From: Ruminococcus sp.
Lineage (GTDB): Bacteria; Bacillota; Clostridia; Oscillospirales; Acutalibacteraceae
Length of the DNA stretch: 64,000 nt
Assembly: GCA_045133455.1 (NCBI GenBank)
Contig: JBGUUJ010000035.1
Coordinates: 2,550-66,549, forward strand
Reading direction: 5' to 3'
A program made the position numbers and the translations under genes. Positions 1 to 10,083 of this stretch are shown one piece after another (position 1 is the first letter of the stretch; each line of letters opens with the position of its first letter). Below the pieces are notes generated by a model, which was not told where the DNA came from, did no database searches, and was given only the letters and a program-made list of their open reading frames with translations.

Positions 1-438
1 GAGCAGGAGCCTTTAACTGAATATCAGAGACTGATGAGGGGTGACTGTGAAGTCCTTTATAACCATCTTGGTACTAACCATACACAGATGGTTAAAGATA
101 CCATCGCTCTTGTGCCAGAAGGTGGTAACTATAAGGACCTTCCTCCTGGATGGGGCGAAAGCAGAAAGTTCCATATGGCTTGGACGCGACTGAACGGAAA
201 TGCCCCGGCAAGGACTGTTGATACAGGACACAGAAACCTTTTCCATTATCAGTACAATCGAATTCCTACTGTGCGCGAGAGCGCGAGAATGCAGTCATTC
301 CCTGACAATTTTGTTTTTACAGGTACAAAGACACAGCAAAGCAGACAGGTAGGAAATGCAGTTCCGCCGTTGTTGGGACAGGCACTTGGAGAAGCGATAA
401 TGAGAATTATACAGGAGAATGAAAATGGGCAAAACTAA
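1..438 (+). CDS. DNA (cytosine-5)-methyltransferase, C-terminal fragment (5' end outside window); first MTase of a LlaJI-like operon
   Basis: Frame 1 open from base 1 to TAA 436-438; C5-MTase motifs IX/X TVRESARMQSFPDNFVF and QVGNAVPPLL. Confidence 0.85.
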   Translation, partial: EQEPLTEYQRLMRGDCEVLYNHLGTNHTQMVKDTIALVPEGGNYKDLPPGWGESRKFHMAWTRLNGNAPARTVDTGHRNLFHYQYNRIPTVRESARMQSFPDNFVFTGTKTQQSRQVGNAVPPLLGQALGEAIMRIIQENENGQN

Positions 439-1669
439 AATTCGTTCCATCGATTTGTTTGCCGGATGTGGCGGATTGATGGATGGTTTTGAACAATCCG
501 GAGCCTTCGATACAATTGCAGCTGTTGAGTGGGAAAAAGTTCCCTGTAAAAATCTCGAAAACAGAATGCGTGAGAAGTGGCATTACCCCGATGCAGAAAC
601 ACGAGTTCTCCGCTTTGATATTCAAAGAACGGATGAATTGTTTGTGGGTTGGGAAAATGATAAAGAGTATGGTAACTCAGTTGGTTTAGATAAACTTATT
701 GACACTGTGGGCGGCATCGATGTCGTAATTGGTGGACCTCCCTGTCAGGCTTATTCCATTGCAGGGCGTGTTCGTGATGAGTTTGGCATGAAAAATGACT
801 ACCGAAATTATCTGTTTGAAAGCTACATCAAGGTATTAGACCGATACAGGCCTAAAGCATTTATCTTTGAAAATGTACCCGGGATATTAAGTGCAAAGCC
901 TGGTGATAGACCGATGATTGACATCATCCAGGAGAGTTTTCATGAGGCGGGGTATCTGTTGCTTTCCAATTTGGGTGAGGCAATAATTGACTTTACCGAC
1001 TATGGTGTTCCTCAAAACAGAAAGAGAATAATTATTTTCGGGGTTCGCAAGGATACTTTTGGAGACAGAAGTAGCGAAGCTATAAATTATTTCTATAAAG
1101 TAGCCTTGCCTAAACATAAAACCATGCAGAAAAAAACTGTTTATGAGGCAATCGGCGACTTGCCGAAGTTGTACCCTCTGTCTGAGGACCTAAAGGTAAA
1201 TGGTGCAAGAACAAGGCACTCTCTTCCTGAACGTGATGTTCCAAACCATGTAGCAAGATGGCAGAGTGACAGAGATGTTGGGATTTTTAAACTATTGACT
1301 GAAGATATCGAGTCTGGAAGAAATCAGTATACATCAATCGATGCACTGAAACAGTTATACACTAAGATGACGGGAAAGAACTCCAATGTTCATAAATATC
1401 ATGTTATCCGATGGGATGAGCCGAGTAACCTTATTCCAGCCCATCTTTATAAAGATGGCTTACGCCATATCCATCCAGATTCATCTCAACAGAGAACCAT
1501 AACCGTTAGAGAGGCAGCAAGATTACAAACTTTCGCTGATGATTATGTGTTTGAAGGCAGCAATATGGAATTGTATAAAATGATTGGAAATGCAGTGCCT
1601 CCGCTGTTTGCGAAGTGCTGCGCAGAAGCAGTTGTTGATACAATGTCAACATTTGGCATCATAGAGTAA
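419..1669 (+). CDS. DNA (cytosine-5)-methyltransferase (second MTase)
   Basis: Motif I DLFAGCGG, motif IV GGPPCQAYS, ENVPG, QNRKR, TVREAARLQTF, IGNAVPPLF; ATG 425 is better spaced from AGGAGA 411-416 than ATG 419; overlaps stop of upstream MTase. Confidence 0.93.
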   Translation: MKMGKTKIRSIDLFAGCGGLMDGFEQSGAFDTIAAVEWEKVPCKNLENRMREKWHYPDAETRVLRFDIQRTDELFVGWENDKEYGNSVGLDKLIDTVGGIDVVIGGPPCQAYSIAGRVRDEFGMKNDYRNYLFESYIKVLDRYRPKAFIFENVPGILSAKPGDRPMIDIIQESFHEAGYLLLSNLGEAIIDFTDYGVPQNRKRIIIFGVRKDTFGDRSSEAINYFYKVALPKHKTMQKKTVYEAIGDLPKLYPLSEDLKVNGARTRHSLPERDVPNHVARWQSDRDVGIFKLLTEDIESGRNQYTSIDALKQLYTKMTGKNSNVHKYHVIRWDEPSNLIPAHLYKDGLRHIHPDSSQQRTITVREAARLQTFADDYVFEGSNMELYKMIGNAVPPLFAKCCAEAVVDTMSTFGIIE

Positions 1670-1687
1670 TGAAAGGAGGAATGCATC

Positions 1688-4600
1688 ATGGCATATACAA
1701 CTTCGCAGGCTGTAGAGGCCTTAAATGAATATATGGGCTGTGATGAAGCCTTAAAACAGTACATAGAAGGTACGAAAGAAAGAGGCTTTGTTCTGTCCTT
1801 GAAGACCGGAGAGCAAATCGTGATTTTCGTTTACCCTTTGGTGCATAAACAAGATAATACTAAGAATTACTTTGACACAAGAGATAGTGGTGCGTATGAG
1901 CGTGGAGTAGCATGGAGATATGCGTTAGAACACGGTCTTAAGTACTACTGCTTTGGGTTGAATAGTTCTGTTGATAAGTATGAAAACTATATCTTCAGTC
2001 TTGAGTGCGGTGAGGAAACAATTGAGAAAATTTCCGGAACTAAGAATGGACAGCGAAGTGGTCCGGGTAATCAAATAATTATTCCTAACAATTACACGCC
2101 TGCCCTGCCTTTCGATAGAATCGTTAATAAGTTAGGGATTTATATTGCGGTAATACACAAGGACAAAATCTATGATTATATCTCGATGTATGATAACAGA
2201 CCTTATCTGAAGACAAGCACTGATGAAGTTACACAGCAAAATGATGATGCCAATGAGTACGAAAAGGCTGCCAGATATTTGCAGTCCTATGTCTCTGAAA
2301 CTGGCTTGGACATTCCTACGAAAAAGGATGATCTGGAATCTATACTTACAGAATTTACATCCAAGTTTTCTCCGGAGATTTTGGCAGCGTTATCGGATGA
2401 TGAACTGTTGAATTACCTGTTCTATACTGTTGGCGAGAACCAGGACTCCCTTTGCTGTTGGCTTGAAATGAACAAGGAGTGTCGTCAGCATTTTGGTAGT
2501 ATTTCCGGTGGTTCTGCTTATAAATTCGGTCTGTTCCAGAAACAGAAAACTGGAGAATGGACAACGGGTAGTCCTCAGAAACCACAGGTACTTACGGAAG
2601 ATGAGGCTTTAGAACTGGGGCGTAGCATACGAGATGCGTTGGTCAAGGCTGCAGGTATTGTTCAGAATGCAACTCTCGACACCCTTGCTGATTATGAGCA
2701 GTTGGATACTACTCTTTGGAACGAAGTCGGCGAGCCGTACTGTAATTGGGGTTGGTTCCACAAGTACCTTGCGATGGTTTGCCCAGATAAGCTGAGTTGT
2801 TTCCATTCCTCTGATTGGCAGCGCCACATTCTCTATGCATTGAAAATCAAGCCGAGTGAAAAATACTTTACTCGTAGCGGTCAGTTGGCCATGATTTCCA
2901 ATTATGCAGGATGGTATTATGGTGAGTTCAAGGATGTACTGTTTGAACGCTTTGGTGGAGACATCATTCAGTTTGTAAGAGTCGGCACTTCCGATGATAC
3001 CCAGAATTATGCAGCAGAATGGAATCAGAAATCTGTTATAGGTATCGGTTGGCGAGATATCGGTTCTCTTGAGGATTATGCCGCAGGTGAAGGTCTTGAT
3101 AAGGGTGCAATCACGGAGGCATTGAAAGAAAAATTCGGATATGCCGAGAATGTTGCCTCCCGCAAGGCAGGAGAACTTATTCGTTTTTATAAAATGGACG
3201 CAAGCACTGTTGTCGTTGCAATGGACGGCGAAAGTCTGTTAGCTTTTGTTGATGGTATCGGAAATTACTTCTATGATTTGACATCTGCAATGGCAAATAT
3301 GAAGCCTGGAACATGGCATCGCAATTTTGCATCCGGTGAGCAGCTCCCTGTGAAATCCGAGGGTAAATTGACATCTTGTTATCCTCTCACCGATGAGGCA
3401 AACTTGATGTTCCTGTATGATAGATACTATTACGGTAGCGAAGAAATTATTGATGAAGTCGATGAAATCGAGTTTGACAATCCGGAAGAACGTAATAAGC
3501 GTAACTTCCGTGCTTGGATGGAAACACAGGTTAAGCCGGAGGGTGATTCCGATGCAGGACAGCCTTACACGGCAAATTCCATCAATCAGTATGTAAGCAA
3601 CATTTCCAACACTCCACTCCCTTCTCATGAAGGACACAGTGTATTCTACACGGATGCTGTGATTGAAGTGCAGGATTGCTTGGTTGTGTTAGAAGCATCT
3701 GATAAGAAAAATAATACCCAAAGAAGTGCTGTCAAGAAATACTTGATGTACTTGATGGCGTTACAGGAGGTCAATATGCCGCTGATTTACAATACAGATT
3801 TACCAACTAAATATGAGAGAAATCGCATTGTCTTCGGCGCACCTGGTACTGGTAAGAGTTTCAATTTGAAGAGAGACTGCGAGGCGTGTCTGAAGGACAC
3901 AGAAGGTTCTTATGAGCGTGTGACTTTCCATCCGGATTACACATATTCTCAGTTTGTTGGAACATATAAGCCTGTTTCTGACGGTACCGCTATTCGCTAT
4001 GAATTTGTTCCGGGGCCGTTCATGAGGGTGTATGTTGAGGCATTGAAGAGTGCGCGTTCTTTGAATCCACAGCCTCATATTTTGATAATTGAAGAAATCA
4101 ACAGAGCCAAGGTGGCTGCTGTTTTCGGTGACATATTCCAGTTGCTTGACCGCGACGAGGATGGCGTCAGCGAATACGAAATTCAGACTTCTGAAGATAT
4201 CAGAAAGTATCTGGCAGCAGAACTGAAGTGCGATATTGCTATGTGCAAGAAAATCAAGATTCCGAATAATATGTTCATTTGGGCAACAATGAACAGTGCT
4301 GACCAAGGTGTATTCCCTATGGACACTGCATTCAAGCGCCGTTGGAATTTTGAGTATCTTGGCATTAATGAGAATCAGGATAAAATCAAAGGGCGTGTAC
4401 CAGTTGGAACTGTAAATACCCAAGAGATTGAATGGAATGTTCTGAGACGTGCAATTAACGAGAAAATTGCCAAGGAGTACAAGGTAAACGAAGACAAGCT
4501 GATGGGTCCGTTCTTCATTTCCAAGCGTGTACTGAAAACCGTTAGCGAGGAAAATGACACCCTTGTTGACGCAGCACGTTTTGTAGAAGTATTCAAGAGC

Positions 4601-4774
4601 AAGGTTATCATGTATCTTTACGAAGATGCAGCAAAACAGCATAAGCATAAGCTGTTCTCCGGTTGCGAGGATACCACCAAGTATTCTGCCGTATGCGACA
4701 GCTTTGACGAAATCGGAATCCAGATCTTCGGAGAGGATTTTGAGGAGGTTTATTATAATCCGCAGAAGGGATGA
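1688..4774 (+). CDS. McrB-like GTPase/AAA+ restriction subunit with ~690-aa N-terminal extension (LlaJI R1-like)
   Basis: Walker A FGAPGTGKS (3833-3859), Walker B LIIEEINRA, McrB-type MNSADQG and AFKRRW motifs; RBS GGAGGA; starts 18 nt after MTase stop. Confidence 0.85.
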   Translation: MAYTTSQAVEALNEYMGCDEALKQYIEGTKERGFVLSLKTGEQIVIFVYPLVHKQDNTKNYFDTRDSGAYERGVAWRYALEHGLKYYCFGLNSSVDKYENYIFSLECGEETIEKISGTKNGQRSGPGNQIIIPNNYTPALPFDRIVNKLGIYIAVIHKDKIYDYISMYDNRPYLKTSTDEVTQQNDDANEYEKAARYLQSYVSETGLDIPTKKDDLESILTEFTSKFSPEILAALSDDELLNYLFYTVGENQDSLCCWLEMNKECRQHFGSISGGSAYKFGLFQKQKTGEWTTGSPQKPQVLTEDEALELGRSIRDALVKAAGIVQNATLDTLADYEQLDTTLWNEVGEPYCNWGWFHKYLAMVCPDKLSCFHSSDWQRHILYALKIKPSEKYFTRSGQLAMISNYAGWYYGEFKDVLFERFGGDIIQFVRVGTSDDTQNYAAEWNQKSVIGIGWRDIGSLEDYAAGEGLDKGAITEALKEKFGYAENVASRKAGELIRFYKMDASTVVVAMDGESLLAFVDGIGNYFYDLTSAMANMKPGTWHRNFASGEQLPVKSEGKLTSCYPLTDEANLMFLYDRYYYGSEEIIDEVDEIEFDNPEERNKRNFRAWMETQVKPEGDSDAGQPYTANSINQYVSNISNTPLPSHEGHSVFYTDAVIEVQDCLVVLEASDKKNNTQRSAVKKYLMYLMALQEVNMPLIYNTDLPTKYERNRIVFGAPGTGKSFNLKRDCEACLKDTEGSYERVTFHPDYTYSQFVGTYKPVSDGTAIRYEFVPGPFMRVYVEALKSARSLNPQPHILIIEEINRAKVAAVFGDIFQLLDRDEDGVSEYEIQTSEDIRKYLAAELKCDIAMCKKIKIPNNMFIWATMNSADQGVFPMDTAFKRRWNFEYLGINENQDKIKGRVPVGTVNTQEIEWNVLRRAINEKIAKEYKVNEDKLMGPFFISKRVLKTVSEENDTLVDAARFVEVFKSKVIMYLYEDAAKQHKHKLFSGCEDTTKYSAVCDSFDEIGIQIFGEDFEEVYYNPQKG

Positions 4775-4780
4775 TAGGAT

Positions 4781-6250
4781 ATGGAGATAAAGATTCGTTC
4801 TCGCTATGTCCGAGAACAGCAGCGTTACACTAAGAATCAGCTGCGTACTCTTTTCTCCTACGATGATGTAGGAGTAGAAAAATTCATAAAAAGCCTAAAG
4901 TCCTACGGTATTTTAAAGACCGTTGCAAACACTGCGGAGCAGAAAGAATTGACAGACCTTGTTGATGAAGATGTCCAGATGGTGGATGAAACTGCCGGAA
5001 ACGATGATTGCTATTATGTGTTTACATATGTTGGTGTCATTACTATCGGAAATCGTGTAATCAAGGTTTATCCGAAATATATTCTTTCTGAAAATGAACC
5101 GCTTGCAAGAATGAAGCAGGTTGTGAAAGTTCTTGAACGCTACAGCCATTCGGAGGAGCAAATCATAAATCTGTTTAATGGTGACGGAGATAACCGCAGT
5201 TTTAATATTCTTGCGGTTATCCTGTACCTTTTGAACGACTACTACGAGTACGGCGTTTATAACAACAGCGAGGATATTTTGGAAGTCAACGGCGAAGGCG
5301 ATATTCTTTGGAACAGAACCATCGATGACGGATTTGTTATTATCGAGGAAGGCCGCCCGTATTATACAGAACTGATTACTCGTAGGTCAGTAGAAGATGA
5401 TATGGACTATTTCAAGCGCCTGCATGAGTGCGTTCTTACGGAATGTTCCAAGCAGCTCCAAGATGCTGGACTAAAAGAATTGTTTGAAATCGATTCTGTT
5501 TCCTTAAGTGATGAAGCCTTGGAGGACTTTGGCGAAAAGGAATATATTCTTGAGCGAATCATGAAAGAGTTGAATGTCCAGTTCAACACGCATCGGCAGA
5601 TTTTGCTCAAAACACTGTACACCTACATTTCACAGGACAGAAAAATGCTTGAAGAAAATCAAGGCATTAGTATGTTTGGCACCACCGCATTTCATGCAGT
5701 TTGGGAAAAGGCTTGTGCAGCCGCATTCGGAAACAAACTGGATGTTGCGATTGGTCAGTTGCAAATGAAGGAGCCGTTGGCAGACGGATACAATAAGAAA
5801 ACCAAGCTGATAGATTTGGTTGAGAAGCCAAAATGGTGTGGAGAGGGCTTTGTTCACGAACCCAAGGATACCCTTATCCCCGACCTCATTACCATCAATG
5901 AGTACAGTGGGCAGGATTGGTTCATCATTTTCGATGCCAAGTATTATCTGATTCAGCTTGAAAAAGGTCGCACATTAAGGGGCAACCCTGGCGTTGGCGA
6001 TGTAGTGAAGCAGTATATGTATCAGTTGGCATATAAGAAATTCTTGGCAGACCACCATATTGCGGTTGTTAAGAACTGCTTTTTGATGCCGACCGAAGGA
6101 AACGAAATAATAAACAAAGGGAACGCCAAATTGGATATGCTTTCCGAATTAGGACTGGAGGATATCCAGATACGTTTGATTCCGGCTGATATGCTTTTCG
6201 ATTGTTACTTGAGGCGAAAGACAATAGCTATCGAAAAATTGGAGTTGTAG
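4781..6250 (+). CDS. McrC-like / LlaJI R2-like PD-(D/E)xK nuclease subunit
   Basis: Starts 6 nt after the McrB-like gene; IPDL(x20)FDAKYY resembles PD...(D/E)xK (DAK at 5933-5941); gene order M-M-McrB-like-McrC-like matches LlaJI organisation. Confidence 0.7.
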   Translation: MEIKIRSRYVREQQRYTKNQLRTLFSYDDVGVEKFIKSLKSYGILKTVANTAEQKELTDLVDEDVQMVDETAGNDDCYYVFTYVGVITIGNRVIKVYPKYILSENEPLARMKQVVKVLERYSHSEEQIINLFNGDGDNRSFNILAVILYLLNDYYEYGVYNNSEDILEVNGEGDILWNRTIDDGFVIIEEGRPYYTELITRRSVEDDMDYFKRLHECVLTECSKQLQDAGLKELFEIDSVSLSDEALEDFGEKEYILERIMKELNVQFNTHRQILLKTLYTYISQDRKMLEENQGISMFGTTAFHAVWEKACAAAFGNKLDVAIGQLQMKEPLADGYNKKTKLIDLVEKPKWCGEGFVHEPKDTLIPDLITINEYSGQDWFIIFDAKYYLIQLEKGRTLRGNPGVGDVVKQYMYQLAYKKFLADHHIAVVKNCFLMPTEGNEIINKGNAKLDMLSELGLEDIQIRLIPADMLFDCYLRRKTIAIEKLEL

Positions 6251-6272
6251 CAGACATAAAGGAGGGTAGATT

Positions 6273-8156
6273 ATGGCAGCACATCGTTCATTTGCTGAAT
6301 ATGTAAAAAAGAAATTTGATAATAATTTCTGGGCGGCTGCCGAAAGCTACCTGGAGGCAAACCTTGATTCTCTGGGTATCGAATTAAAGAGAATCCATCG
6401 TGCCGGAGAGACGGAGATTTCAGATGTCAAGGTAGAACACGTGTGGGTTGAAGACAAACCGGGCATGGAGGTGCATTTCGATGTGGCCATTTCTATTTGG
6501 TTTGAAACCCATGATGGAGATTACCATTACGACGATTATGATGAAAATATCGTGTGGATGATGGCTCATTGCCGTGGTGATCTGGATAAGAACCTGGATG
6601 ATTTTGAAATCCTGCGGGTATCAAAATACAACGGCAAAAGCCGTGTGAAAGACCCGATGGACGATTCTCTTGTGCCGATTATCCCATATGAAAAGTTGGA
6701 TGATGTGGCAACAGCATTCTTGCAGGAATATTATCCGGCGGCACTTCGCATTCCAATGCGTGGTCAAGACCCTGTATGGGTTGACCCGACAGAACTTGCA
6801 AAGAACATGGGGTTAACCGTCAAAAATCAGCGTATCCGTGAAGATGGTTCTGTATTTGGACAAATTTATTTTGATGATACCGATACAGTAATGTACGATG
6901 CAAACGAGGATGCAGATGTTCCTACACACATCAAAGGAAAAACAATTGTTTTGGACCCGCAGATTTATCTGCTTCGAAATCTTGGTTCATTTAATAATAC
7001 CATTGTCCACGAGTGTGTTCACTGGGCGAAGCATCGTAAGGCATTCAAACTGGAACAGCTATTCAATACGGATGCTTCTTACATTAGTTGCAAGGTTGTT
7101 GGCGACGCGGATTCTCGCATATCCATAAAATCTACAAAGTATATGGAAAAGCAGGCTAATCAGCTTGCACCGAGAATCCAGATGCCGAAGGAACCTTTTA
7201 CAATAAAGGCTAAAGAATACATAGCCTATTTCATGAGACAGACCGATGCAAGGCATACGGTTGATGTCATGGAAATGGTAATCGGGGCATTGGGGCGGGA
7301 TTATGGTGTTTCACGACAAGCCGTAAAAGTCCGATTGGTAGAGCTTGGCTTTGAAGAAGCCATCGGCACATTTAACTATGTTGATGGACACTATGTAAAG
7401 CCACATGGTTTCCGCAAAGGTGCTATCAAAGTTAATCAGACATTTACTTTGAGCGCCCAAGACGCTGCAGTTCAGCGTTTTATGGATTTGGAACTCCGTG
7501 AAAAGACCGCAAACGGCGATTATCTTTTCGTGGATAACCATTTTGTTTATAACGCTCCCCTATATGTCGGTTATAGCAAAGATGGTAAACTTGAACTGAC
7601 TGATTATGCCCGAGCGCATATGGATGAATGCTGTCTTGCTTTTGATATGGAAATCACAAGCAAGGTAGAATCCACATACCATACTGCCTGTTTCCTTAAT
7701 CGTGAGCCGAGCGATGTAACCTTTGATATTACATATCACAACGGATATCAAAACGCGCCGCAATCGCGCCAGGTAGAGATGAGGAAAAAGCAACAGGCTG
7801 AATGGTTGGAAATTCGCAGGCAGATGACGGATGACCCTGAACAGTGTATGGATTTATTGCTTGATTGGCGTGGAATGAAGTACACGGACCTTGGTGATGC
7901 GATTGACCGTGACCCTAAAACAATCAGCCGAACAGTGAAAGGAACAACAAATCCATCTGTTGAAACAGCGGTTCTTATTTGCTTTGGCATGAACCTTCCT
8001 CCTGTTATCAGTGAAAAGCTGTTGGATGTTTTGAATTGCAAGTTAAAGCCTATGAATCCAGATCATCAGTGGATTAGCGAGGCTTTGCACGTGAAGTATC
8101 CGGAGCCATTGTGGGCAGTCAGAGAGTATCTGGAACAGTACGGTGTAAATATTTAA
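6273..8156 (+). CDS. ImmA/IrrE (peptidase M78)-like metalloprotease fused to a C-terminal XRE-like HTH; N-terminal ~240 aa unassigned
   Basis: HECVH (7008-7022) followed ~45 aa later by EKQANQLAPRIQMP, the M78 pattern; C-terminal YTDLGDAIDRDPKTISRTVKGTTNPSVETAVLICFGMNL looks like an HTH; RBS AAGGAGGG; 22 nt after nuclease stop. Confidence 0.65.
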   Translation: MAAHRSFAEYVKKKFDNNFWAAAESYLEANLDSLGIELKRIHRAGETEISDVKVEHVWVEDKPGMEVHFDVAISIWFETHDGDYHYDDYDENIVWMMAHCRGDLDKNLDDFEILRVSKYNGKSRVKDPMDDSLVPIIPYEKLDDVATAFLQEYYPAALRIPMRGQDPVWVDPTELAKNMGLTVKNQRIREDGSVFGQIYFDDTDTVMYDANEDADVPTHIKGKTIVLDPQIYLLRNLGSFNNTIVHECVHWAKHRKAFKLEQLFNTDASYISCKVVGDADSRISIKSTKYMEKQANQLAPRIQMPKEPFTIKAKEYIAYFMRQTDARHTVDVMEMVIGALGRDYGVSRQAVKVRLVELGFEEAIGTFNYVDGHYVKPHGFRKGAIKVNQTFTLSAQDAAVQRFMDLELREKTANGDYLFVDNHFVYNAPLYVGYSKDGKLELTDYARAHMDECCLAFDMEITSKVESTYHTACFLNREPSDVTFDITYHNGYQNAPQSRQVEMRKKQQAEWLEIRRQMTDDPEQCMDLLLDWRGMKYTDLGDAIDRDPKTISRTVKGTTNPSVETAVLICFGMNLPPVISEKLLDVLNCKLKPMNPDHQWISEALHVKYPEPLWAVREYLEQYGVNI

Positions 8157-8175
8157 AATTTTTTTCATAAAAAAA

Positions 8176-8192
8176 CGGACATGGCGTGTCCG
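8176..8192. repeat. palindromic hairpin CGGACAYGGCGTGTCC, copy 1
   Basis: cggacatggcgtgtccg: 6-bp stem, 5-nt loop, preceded by an A-run; near-identical copy at 9359-9374. Confidence 0.6.
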
Positions 8193-8208
8193 GTGAAATG
8201 GGGGGGAC

Positions 8209-9237
8209 ATGATGGGATTAACCATGCTTGAGATGATAGATAACAGGTTGGCGCACTTTTTTCCGCAGCCGGAATTATACGATGTTTCCCCGTTTAGCAT
8301 TGAGAATCTGCGTGATTGTATCATCATGTTTATTCTTAAAGATGCGTACTATTTGACTGAGCCGAAACAATCGTTAAGAGAAAATCGAGGAACGGATGCT
8401 GACGATGTAAGAATGCGTGACAGCAGAAATATTGCATATGCTCAGCATTATCGAGACCTTCAGTATAATCATGTAAAAAATGACTTAGGTATTGAAATAC
8501 CGGAGTTGCTTTCTGCGGATGTTGAAACCATGCGTGGAAAACTGCAGGGGCATAATATTACCCCGATGCAGTATTTTGAATTAAATACGCTTGCAGACCA
8601 TCCACTGCTTAAAGCTATCGTAAATAAGCGAATCTGTGACGTAAAGAAAATATCCAATGCAACCTTCCTTGAATATATGCAGGATTATGATAAATTGGTA
8701 AGCCTGCTTCTTAAAAAACTGGATGGCTCGGATGAGGATGTTATTTTCGGTACAATCGCCTTGTTTACATTGGAATGGAAATATAATGTAGAACTGTTTT
8801 ATTCCTGTGCAGTCAATGCGGAAGAAGTAGGGGTTCAGGATGTTCCGGTGCATCGCCTGGCGGGATTATGCGCCGAACTTTCAATGCCGTTAGCACCGGA
8901 TTTTACACAGATGCTTCATACAGAAAGTCGATTTGTCCTACACAGGCTGAAACTGGTACCAACCGTATATACCGTATCGGAATCAGATTGGGATGAAGTA
9001 AAAGATAAAATATGCCATTATCAGACGGCCAGATATTATATTGAGAAAGAGATTGTACGCAAATGGGATATGGCAGGTTTCTTTGCCCGATACACCACAA
9101 GAGAACAGTGGGCAAAATTCTTCCGGGAACACTATGATTTAAGACAAATATACGTTCAGAAGGAATGGAATAATAAACGCATTCGCTATATGAGAAGTAT
9201 TTATAGTGCGATGATTAAGAACCAACCTACACCATAA
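8209..9237 (+). CDS. hypothetical protein (342 aa, no motif recognised)
   Basis: Long ORF, same strand as upstream operon, followed by strong terminator 9295-9337; G-rich RBS before ATGATG. Confidence 0.5.
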   Translation: MMGLTMLEMIDNRLAHFFPQPELYDVSPFSIENLRDCIIMFILKDAYYLTEPKQSLRENRGTDADDVRMRDSRNIAYAQHYRDLQYNHVKNDLGIEIPELLSADVETMRGKLQGHNITPMQYFELNTLADHPLLKAIVNKRICDVKKISNATFLEYMQDYDKLVSLLLKKLDGSDEDVIFGTIALFTLEWKYNVELFYSCAVNAEEVGVQDVPVHRLAGLCAELSMPLAPDFTQMLHTESRFVLHRLKLVPTVYTVSESDWDEVKDKICHYQTARYYIEKEIVRKWDMAGFFARYTTREQWAKFFREHYDLRQIYVQKEWNNKRIRYMRSIYSAMIKNQPTP

Positions 9238-9294
9238 TCCCGTTTTTCCGATTTTTCGTTCTTAAAAGCCTTCATAAAATTTAGATAAAATTAA

Positions 9295-9337
9295 GCCAGA
9301 ACATGAGAGTAAATACTCTTCGTGTTCTGGCTTTTTT
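9295..9337 (+). terminator. Rho-independent terminator after the 342-aa ORF
   Basis: gccagaacatgagag...ctcttcgtgttctggc long stem followed by TTTTTT. Confidence 0.8.
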
Positions 9338-9358
9338 GCGTTTTACGGCAATTTTTAG

Positions 9359-9374
9359 CGGACACGGCGTGTCC
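9359..9374. repeat. palindromic hairpin CGGACAYGGCGTGTCC, copy 2
   Basis: cggacacggcgtgtcc, one mismatch to the copy at 8176-8192; the two copies flank the 342-aa ORF. Confidence 0.6.
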
Positions 9375-9512
9375 ATCGCAGAAAAAAATTCCAGTGTAAA
9401 CTATAAATAAAAACGCCTGACATTGAGACGGGTACACAGAAATGCGTATCCATCTGAGTGCCAGACACTCAAATAAAAAATATTCCAATGCCCGAAGTGG
9501 TCGACCTTAAGG

Positions 9513-9681
9513 CGGCGGGATACATCAAGAGTAAAATTCACGGTATAGCCGTGGACTGACCAAAGATGTACCCACCGTACTTTGTCATGCCCATTTTCGG
9601 TATCAGAGTCGGTGTGTAGCATCACATCGGCTCTTTTTGTGTCCCTGCCGCCACCCAGTCGGGCGGAAAAGAAAGGCAGGG
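9513..9681 (+). ncRNA. candidate structured cis-regulatory leader, copy A
   Basis: P1 9513-9526/9565-9577; P2 9539-9543/9549-9553; conserved core 9574-9601; intrinsic terminator 9605-9638 (12-bp stem with 2 G-U, then T5); hairpin 9643-9649/9675-9681 next to an RBS; stems covary with copy B. Confidence 0.6.
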
Positions 9682-10083
9682 ATTTCAAATGAGGAAATTC
9701 AAAACAGCGGAAGACAACCGTACAAATTACATTTACTACTTCAACGATGGTACAAGCTAGCTTGCTTATAAAGTCTTTAAATTGCATTTTATATCCTTCC
9801 CTATACAAGCCTATTCTGCACTAGCCAGTTATACCAATCCGATTTTCTATAATGAAAGCGACCCTAAGGCAAAGGGGGTCAAGCCTTGCAGAGAGGCAAA
9901 GCAGATTGGCAGAGAAATACACAATAGTGCTTTATGGGTGATGCTTAAGTATAGCACAAATTTGTAAATTTTTCTACCAAGTCTGTAAATGTCAATTCTG
10001 CGAACGCAATATTCAAATTCGCAATTTGCGGATTAACTTTCCGATAACCATATCAATCTCAAAGTCCGAGATGGCCATTAGGA

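Noticed and set aside
9238-9512. Direct repeats marking attL/attR of the prophage, comparing 9238-9512 with 50611-50633.
   Set aside because: No convincing shared core was found by eye. Serine integrases need only a 2-bp crossover, so boundaries are given as approximate.
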